Source: Aliivibrio fischeri ES114
GTDB lineage: Bacteria; Pseudomonadota; Gammaproteobacteria; Enterobacterales; Vibrionaceae
Assembly: GCF_000011805.1 (NCBI RefSeq)
Contig: NC_006841.2
Reading direction: 5' to 3' (one strand)
DNA length: 32,000 nt
Shown: positions 27,269 through 32,000 of the stretch, one piece after another
Numbering within the stretch: position 1 is the stretch's first letter
Layout: each line of letters starts with the position of its first letter
Translations under genes and position numbers: made by a program
Notes under the pieces: generated by a model
Databases searched by the model: none
What the model saw: only the letters and a program-made list of their open reading frames with translations
What the model was told of the DNA's origin: nothing

Positions 27269-28456
27269 ATGATGACTACTAATTCATTTTCTCAATCGCT
27301 TTCGTTGTCGCAATTTTCTTTGCAACATAAACGCTTAATATTACCTATCACTTTATTAGCATTAGTTGGTGCAGAAACAACACGAGACCTTACCGTTACA
27401 ACTCTATCTGATGCTTTTTGGGCGGTTTCAACCTACGTGGCTTTTACCTTAGTTATTTATCATTACCTTTCAAATATCATGGGTAAAACCAATCGTATTA
27501 CTGCTTTGTATAACAAATCTCGTACTAACCAAGTTGTCTTCTCATCTCTACTTGGTGCACTACCAGGCTGTGGTGGTGCTATTGTTGTTACGACTCAATA
27601 TATTAGCGGGAAGGTAGGGTTCGGTTCTGTCGTTGCGGTATTAACAGCAACCATGGGAGATGCTGCTTTCTTATTAATTGCAGCTCAACCAAAAGTTGGG
27701 TTTGGTGTAATGGCATTAGGCGTTGTTGTTGGTATTGTTTCAGGAATGGTAGTAAACGCTATCCATAAAGATGACTTCTTGCGTCCTGAATCACCACAAA
27801 TTAAAGAACCAACTAAACGGGATATTCCATGTTTACAAGTAAAAGCGATTAATCTACAAGGCACTTTTTGGAAATTAGTATTAATTCCAGCGACAATTGT
27901 TGCGGTTTTAGGCTCATTCCAAGTCGATATTAACCAATTGTTTCACTTACCAGAACATAGCATTGAATGGATTGGAGCAATATTAGCGATTGGCAGCATG
28001 ATGTTATGGGCATTAACTAAAGAGATCAGTGATTATCAATCGACAGTTTCTGAAGATAATAAGTGCGTAAGTTCTCACCCTATACAAAAAGCAGCACAAG
28101 ATACGAATTTTGTTTCTGCCTGGGTTATTGTTGCTTTCTTAATTTTTGAATTAACCACTTACTTTTCTGGTATCAACTTACACACGGTGTTTTTAGGTTA
28201 TGGAATGTGGATGCCATTAATTGGTTTAGCGATTGGTTTACTGCCAGGCTGTGGCCCTCAAATTCTGGTAACTAGTCTATATCTATCAGGAGCTATGCCA
28301 ATGTCTGCACAACTTTCAAATGCAATTTCAAATGATGGTGATGCACTGTTCCCTGCGATTGCACTAGCTCCAAAAGCCGCAATGGTTGCAACCTTCTACT
28401 CAGCAGTTCCTGCCTTTGTGGTTGGTTATGGTTACTACTTCTTGTTTGAAATGTAG
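27269..28456 (+). CDS. Putative 10-TM metal transporter (ArsP_2/DUF2899-like, 'putative manganese transporter' family)
   Basis: 395 aa, polytopic. An internally duplicated motif is present: 'GALPGCGGAIVVTT' and 'GLLPGCGPQILVTSLY', plus 'MGDAAFLL' / 'NDGDALFP'. The family name is recalled from memory. Confidence 0.55.
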   Translation: MMTTNSFSQSLSLSQFSLQHKRLILPITLLALVGAETTRDLTVTTLSDAFWAVSTYVAFTLVIYHYLSNIMGKTNRITALYNKSRTNQVVFSSLLGALPGCGGAIVVTTQYISGKVGFGSVVAVLTATMGDAAFLLIAAQPKVGFGVMALGVVVGIVSGMVVNAIHKDDFLRPESPQIKEPTKRDIPCLQVKAINLQGTFWKLVLIPATIVAVLGSFQVDINQLFHLPEHSIEWIGAILAIGSMMLWALTKEISDYQSTVSEDNKCVSSHPIQKAAQDTNFVSAWVIVAFLIFELTTYFSGINLHTVFLGYGMWMPLIGLAIGLLPGCGPQILVTSLYLSGAMPMSAQLSNAISNDGDALFPAIALAPKAAMVATFYSAVPAFVVGYGYYFLFEM

Positions 28457-28508
28457 TGCTTCACTAGCTAGCTAAACTAAATCTGAAAATGCGAATAGAT
28501 AAAACAAC

Positions 28509-28540
28509 AAAGGCGACAATATAATAATGTCGCCTTTTGT
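28509..28540. terminator. Bidirectional terminator between the transporter gene and yghU
   Basis: Perfect 10-bp stem AAAGGCGACA (28509-28518) / TGTCGCCTTT (28528-28537), followed by T's. Confidence 0.7.
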
Positions 28541-28564
28541 ATTAAAACGTAAAAAAAACGTGAT

Positions 28565-29425
28565 TTACTTAGGCTGTAGATCCAAAATAAGATCAATATC
28601 TTCTGCACTGTGGCGTTCTGGCACTTGCTCCCATGGTTCGCCCCATGAACGGTTTACGATACGTCCACGTTGAACCCCTTTTCGTTGCGCTATCTCTTTT
28701 GCCCATTCAAGAACATGCACATAGCTTTCAACATCTAAAAACTCTGCTGCATCATATAAATTCCCTAATACTAGATTGCCATACCAAGGCCAAATAGCCA
28801 TATCAGCAATACTATATTCATTACCAGCAATGTATTTGGTGGTAGCAAGCTGCTTATCAAGCACATCTAATTGGCGTTTTGCCTCCATTGAGAACCGATT
28901 AATGGGATATTCATATTTTTCTGGCGCATACACATAAAAGTGACCAAAACCACCACCTAAATATGGAGCTGAGCCCTGAAGCCAAAATAACCAATTTAAT
29001 ACTTGAGTACGAGCAGAGAGCTCTTTAGGAATAAAATGGCCAAACTTATCAGCCAAATATAATAAAATTGCGCCAGATTCAAATACATGAAGTTCAGGAT
29101 CAACAGAATGATCAACTAACGCAGGGATCTTTGAGTTTGGGTTAATATCAACAAAACCAGATGCAAATTGATCTCCCTCCCCAATATTAATTAAATATGC
29201 GTCATATTCGGCCTCTTTAATCCCTAATGCGAGCAATTCTTCCAATAGAATCGTTACTTTTTGCCCATTTGGTGTCGCTAAAGAGTACAGCTGTAAAGTA
29301 TGTTCACCAATAGGCAATTCTCGCTCATGCCTTGCCCCTGAGTATGGTCGATTAATGCTCGCCCATTGACCGCTGCTGTCCGTTTCTGATGTCCAAACTT
29401 TTGGGGGTACATATTGATTATTCAT
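28565..29425 (-). CDS. yghU: Glutathione-dependent disulfide-bond oxidoreductase (Nu-class GST) YghU
   Basis: 286 aa, nearly collinear with E. coli YghU ('LQLYSLATPNGQKVTILLEELLALG', 'GDQFASGFVDINPNSKIPAL', 'NWLFWLQGSAPYLGGGFGHFY', 'IADMAIWPWYGN'). Confidence 0.9.
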   Translation of the reverse strand: MNNQYVPPKVWTSETDSSGQWASINRPYSGARHERELPIGEHTLQLYSLATPNGQKVTILLEELLALGIKEAEYDAYLINIGEGDQFASGFVDINPNSKIPALVDHSVDPELHVFESGAILLYLADKFGHFIPKELSARTQVLNWLFWLQGSAPYLGGGFGHFYVYAPEKYEYPINRFSMEAKRQLDVLDKQLATTKYIAGNEYSIADMAIWPWYGNLVLGNLYDAAEFLDVESYVHVLEWAKEIAQRKGVQRGRIVNRSWGEPWEQVPERHSAEDIDLILDLQPK

Positions 29426-29579
29426 ACTCGCTCCTTACTCATTCATCCTCAATATTTACACATTATTACTATAGACCACTTCTAAAAAACCATGTATTCG
29501 CTATACGGAAAAAATAGCCAAAACACCTTGATAAGCATAAAATCACAGTTCTATCGCTATTAACTATTTAAGGTTCATA

Positions 29580-30431
29580 ATGTCAGCGTTTTTTGGCGCA
29601 TTAGCGTTTATTGTTTGGGGATTAGTTCCTATCTATTTCCATCAACTTGGTACGATGGAACCTATGTTGATCCTATCAAGTCGTATTTTTTGGTCAGCTA
29701 TAATCCTAGTGGCGCTTTTCGCCTACAAACCCAAGTTAATCAATAAAGCCCAATGCACTCCTAAAAACATTGCCTTAGCTGCTGCTGCCGGTATTTTAAT
29801 GAACCTATCTTGGCTCGGTTTTGTTTATGCCACCATCAGTAATAATATTATGGCGGCTTCTTTAGCTTTCTACATTACACCTGTAATGGTGTTTTTTATG
29901 GGCTTTATTTTCTTTAAAGAACACATTCAAAAAAACCAAAAGATTGCGTTGTTTTTAATGGTATTAGCTATTGCTGTATATGTTGCTTTAGATAAACAAT
30001 TACCTTTACTTAGCTTGGCTATCTCTGTCTCTTTTGCTAGCTATATCGCCATAAAAAAATTGGTCACATTAAACACCTTTGGTGCCATTTTCTTTGAACA
30101 TATTATTTTTGCTCCCCTAGCCCTATTGTATATAACAACCCATTCATCTGGATTATCTTCAACAGAATGGGGATTGTTAGTGGGGACGGCTCCACTGCAA
30201 CTGCTGCCTATTTTGCTACTGACCATTTCATTACTCAAAACACCATTAAGTAAAATCAGTTTATTGCAATACATTGAGCCGACATTCCACTTGGCATTAG
30301 CATTGTGGGTTTATCATGAGCCTATTTCTTTAGGTCAAAAATCAGCACTGATTATTGTGATTATCTCCATTATGATCGCCTCTCTAAAAACAAGAAAAAA
30401 GATAAGCATTGAGAGCATTAATAAAAGCTAA
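29580..30431 (+). CDS. rarD: EamA/DMT-family transporter RarD
   Basis: 283 aa, 10-TM pattern. The N-terminus 'ALAFIVWGLVPIYF' and 'YIEPTFHLALALWVYHE' match RarD (E. coli 'AAYFIWGIAPAYF', 'YIGPTLMFLLAV'). The N-terminus is about 8 aa shorter than the E. coli protein. Confidence 0.8.
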   Translation: MSAFFGALAFIVWGLVPIYFHQLGTMEPMLILSSRIFWSAIILVALFAYKPKLINKAQCTPKNIALAAAAGILMNLSWLGFVYATISNNIMAASLAFYITPVMVFFMGFIFFKEHIQKNQKIALFLMVLAIAVYVALDKQLPLLSLAISVSFASYIAIKKLVTLNTFGAIFFEHIIFAPLALLYITTHSSGLSSTEWGLLVGTAPLQLLPILLLTISLLKTPLSKISLLQYIEPTFHLALALWVYHEPISLGQKSALIIVIISIMIASLKTRKKISIESINKS

Positions 30432-31287
30432 TTGGTAAATAAAAATCTAACTCAAACTCTTCGTTTTCATTTAAAAAATGGTTTTTGTGGTAACGAACGT
30501 AAGCCGGTGTTGATCTCAATTTAAATCCCGACGCCGGCAACCATCGCTCCAATACGTGACTAATCTGTGGAAGAAGTTGCCCATATACACCACTTAACTT
30601 AAATACGCCGTGTAAACCACCAGGGATCACCATTTGATTCACGACACCACGATATTTAAGTGGTTTATCTATCGCTATACACGCGACATATCGGCATTTA
30701 GCTAATTCAACCCATGCAGGGTTAGAATGATGCAAACCAAATTGAGTTGAAAAGTCACGCTCTTCTGAATTTGCCCACGCTTTTAATATTAACCATGCAT
30801 TTCGAATAGAACGATTGTAACCCTCATGCCTCACATAAGCGGCAAGTCTATCTTCCACCTCAATAATCTTTGGCTGCGGCAACGGTTTATCTGCGACACT
30901 GACATAACCTGCAGCAATTTCATCGTCTTTTAAATACGGTTTATCCGAAACTTGTAAATCGTGTTTTCTCCACTCCCCTGGTGCCATACCAAACGTAGAT
31001 TTAAACGCACGACTAAAAGAAGAAAGTGAACTAAATCCACACGTATTTGCAATATCTAGTACAGATGATTTTGTATCAAACATCAATTGGTTTGCGGCAT
31101 ACTCCATTCTTGTACGACGAATATATTGATGAATGGATTCCCCCACCACTTGTTTAAAGATTCGATGAAAATGTTGTTCAGAATAAGCAGCAACATCTGC
31201 TAGCTCTTTCACTGCAAGCTCTTTGCTAATGTCTTTGTGAATATAAAATAAGACATCATTAATTCTTGATAGATGTTGTCGGCTCAT
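30418..31287 (-). CDS. AraC-family regulator with a C-terminal GyrI-like effector-binding domain
   Basis: The N-terminal HTH pair is 'ELADVAAYSEQHFHRIFKQVVGESIHQYIRRTRMEYAANQL...IANTCGFSSLSSFSRAFKSTFGMAPGEWRK'. The C-terminal ~150 aa are GyrI/SbmC-like ('YVRHEGYN...', 'ELDFYLPI'). I chose the start at MSRQHL (ATG 31285-31287). Confidence 0.85.
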   Translation of the reverse strand: MSRQHLSRINDVLFYIHKDISKELAVKELADVAAYSEQHFHRIFKQVVGESIHQYIRRTRMEYAANQLMFDTKSSVLDIANTCGFSSLSSFSRAFKSTFGMAPGEWRKHDLQVSDKPYLKDDEIAAGYVSVADKPLPQPKIIEVEDRLAAYVRHEGYNRSIRNAWLILKAWANSEERDFSTQFGLHHSNPAWVELAKCRYVACIAIDKPLKYRGVVNQMVIPGGLHGVFKLSGVYGQLLPQISHVLERWLPASGFKLRSTPAYVRYHKNHFLNENEEFELDFYLPISFY

Positions 31288-31399
31288 GATTGAAAAATAG
31301 CATAAATGGACATATTTATAAGCATAAACGGACAAACAAAGTTATACAACGCCTTGTACTATCGGATCAGTTAAAAAATATTATTTTATGGGAACATAT

Positions 31400-32000
31400 A
31401 TGGAAATCGCTCATTCTCTGCAACAAATTAAATCCTCTTACATTAGAGAAATTCTGGCTGCGGCTTCAGACAAAAACGTCATTTCTCTTGCTGGTGGGTT
31501 ACCTGATGAAGAGACCTTTCCCATTGAAATAATGAAACCAATTCTTGAAAGCTTATCTGATATGCCAGATGTCTTTCAATATGGTGCAACAGCAGGTTAC
31601 GCCCCACTTTTAGAGTTTCTTACACAGAAATTTGAATTGCCTGAAAACCACTTACCAATGATATGTACTGGCTCTCAACAAGGACTAGACTTGATTGCTC
31701 GAGCTTACATTAACCCGGGCGATACTGTGGTAATGGAAGCACCTAGCTACCTTGGTGCAATGCAAGTCTTTGGGTTAGTTCAAGCAAGTATTTCCACCGT
31801 ATCTCAAACGGAGTTTGGACCTAATCTTGAAGAACTAGAGCAATGCTTTATTCAAGAGTCTCCGAAAATGTTTTACGCGGTTCCTGATTTCCACAATCCA
31901 ACAGGTGTATGTTGGTCATTAGAAACCCGTAAAAAAGTGGCTGAATTGTGTATTCAGTATAACGTCGCTTTTATTGAAGACGCTCCTTATCGCGAACTTC
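31400..32000 (+). CDS. PLP-dependent aminotransferase, fold type I (ARO8/LysN/MocR-aminotransferase-like), 5' part only
   Basis: My own translation: MEIAHSLQQIKSSYIREILAAASDKNVISLAGGLPDEETFP...YGATAGYAPLLEFL...CTGSQQGLDLIARAYINPGDTVVMEAPSYLGA...FYAVPDFHNPTGV...FIEDAPYREL. The frame stays open to the window edge. An alternative in-frame ATG lies at 31388. It is absent from the ORF track because no stop codon falls within the window. Confidence 0.8.
   Translation, partial: MEIAHSLQQIKSSYIREILAAASDKNVISLAGGLPDEETFPIEIMKPILESLSDMPDVFQYGATAGYAPLLEFLTQKFELPENHLPMICTGSQQGLDLIARAYINPGDTVVMEAPSYLGAMQVFGLVQASISTVSQTEFGPNLEELEQCFIQESPKMFYAVPDFHNPTGVCWSLETRKKVAELCIQYNVAFIEDAPYREL

Noticed and set aside
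30418-30431. A 14-nt convergent overlap of the rarD and AraC/GyrI-like gene 3' ends, with no terminator between them.
   Set aside because: Short convergent 3' overlaps are common in compact bacterial genomes. Nothing in the sequence suggests a special regulatory role.
31290-31532. Plus-strand 80-aa ORF spanning the AraC/GyrI start and the aminotransferase start.
   Set aside because: It overlaps the 5' end of the regulator gene in antisense. It is also out of frame with the clearly conserved aminotransferase reading frame that starts at 31400.
1-32000. Searched by eye for CRISPR arrays, tRNA/rRNA genes, IS elements, integrases, phage genes, toxin-antitoxin pairs and known defence-system gene types (nucleases, helicases, reverse transcriptases, cyclases).
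   Set aside because: I found no regularly spaced direct repeats and no cloverleaf-like or rRNA-like sequence. No ORF has transposase, integrase, nuclease, helicase or RT motifs. The window reads as ordinary chromosomal metabolism and envelope genes, so I do not claim a novel multi-gene system.

Overview
AT-rich gammaproteobacterial chromosomal segment. Gene content and protein sequences look Vibrionaceae-like (Vibrio/Aliivibrio), but that is inference only. It is densely coding, and most genes are monocistronic and separated by clear hairpin terminators. Left to right: 5' end of a periplasmic siderophore-type binding protein (-), an orphan 80-aa ORF (-), a glutaredoxin-family protein (-), and a proline-utilisation block on the minus strand (AraC-type regulator, putA, a separate PutA-C-terminal-domain-like ORF, putP). 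Then an exported coiled-coil/PEGA/FGE-like protein (+), a FetB/YbbM-type permease with no ATPase partner (+), a Tas-like aldo-keto reductase (+), a 1017-aa DUF748/AsmA-like protein (-), an M15 peptidase (+) and speA-speB (-). Then a soluble class I HMG-CoA reductase (+), lipocalin Blc (-), a FadL-family outer-membrane channel (+), an uncharacterised beta-barrel OMP (-) and a leucine-rich-repeat/minimal-kinase fusion protein (+). Finally astB (-), a 10-TM PGCG-motif metal transporter preceded by Fur-box-like sites (+), yghU (-), rarD (+), an AraC/GyrI-like regulator (-) and the 5' part of a PLP aminotransferase (+). I found no rRNA/tRNA, CRISPR array, transposase/integrase, phage genes or recognisable defence operon. 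I do not see a convincing multi-gene novel system. The most unusual items are single genes or non-coding structures: the LRR-kinase fusion, the cysteine-less FGE-like exported protein with a GATC-rich nested inverted repeat upstream, the split PutA, the pathway-less archaeal-type HMG-CoA reductase, and a ~180-bp imperfect inverted-repeat element at 12.3-12.5 kb. All family assignments come from reading the translated sequences against remembered family motifs; no database search was possible.
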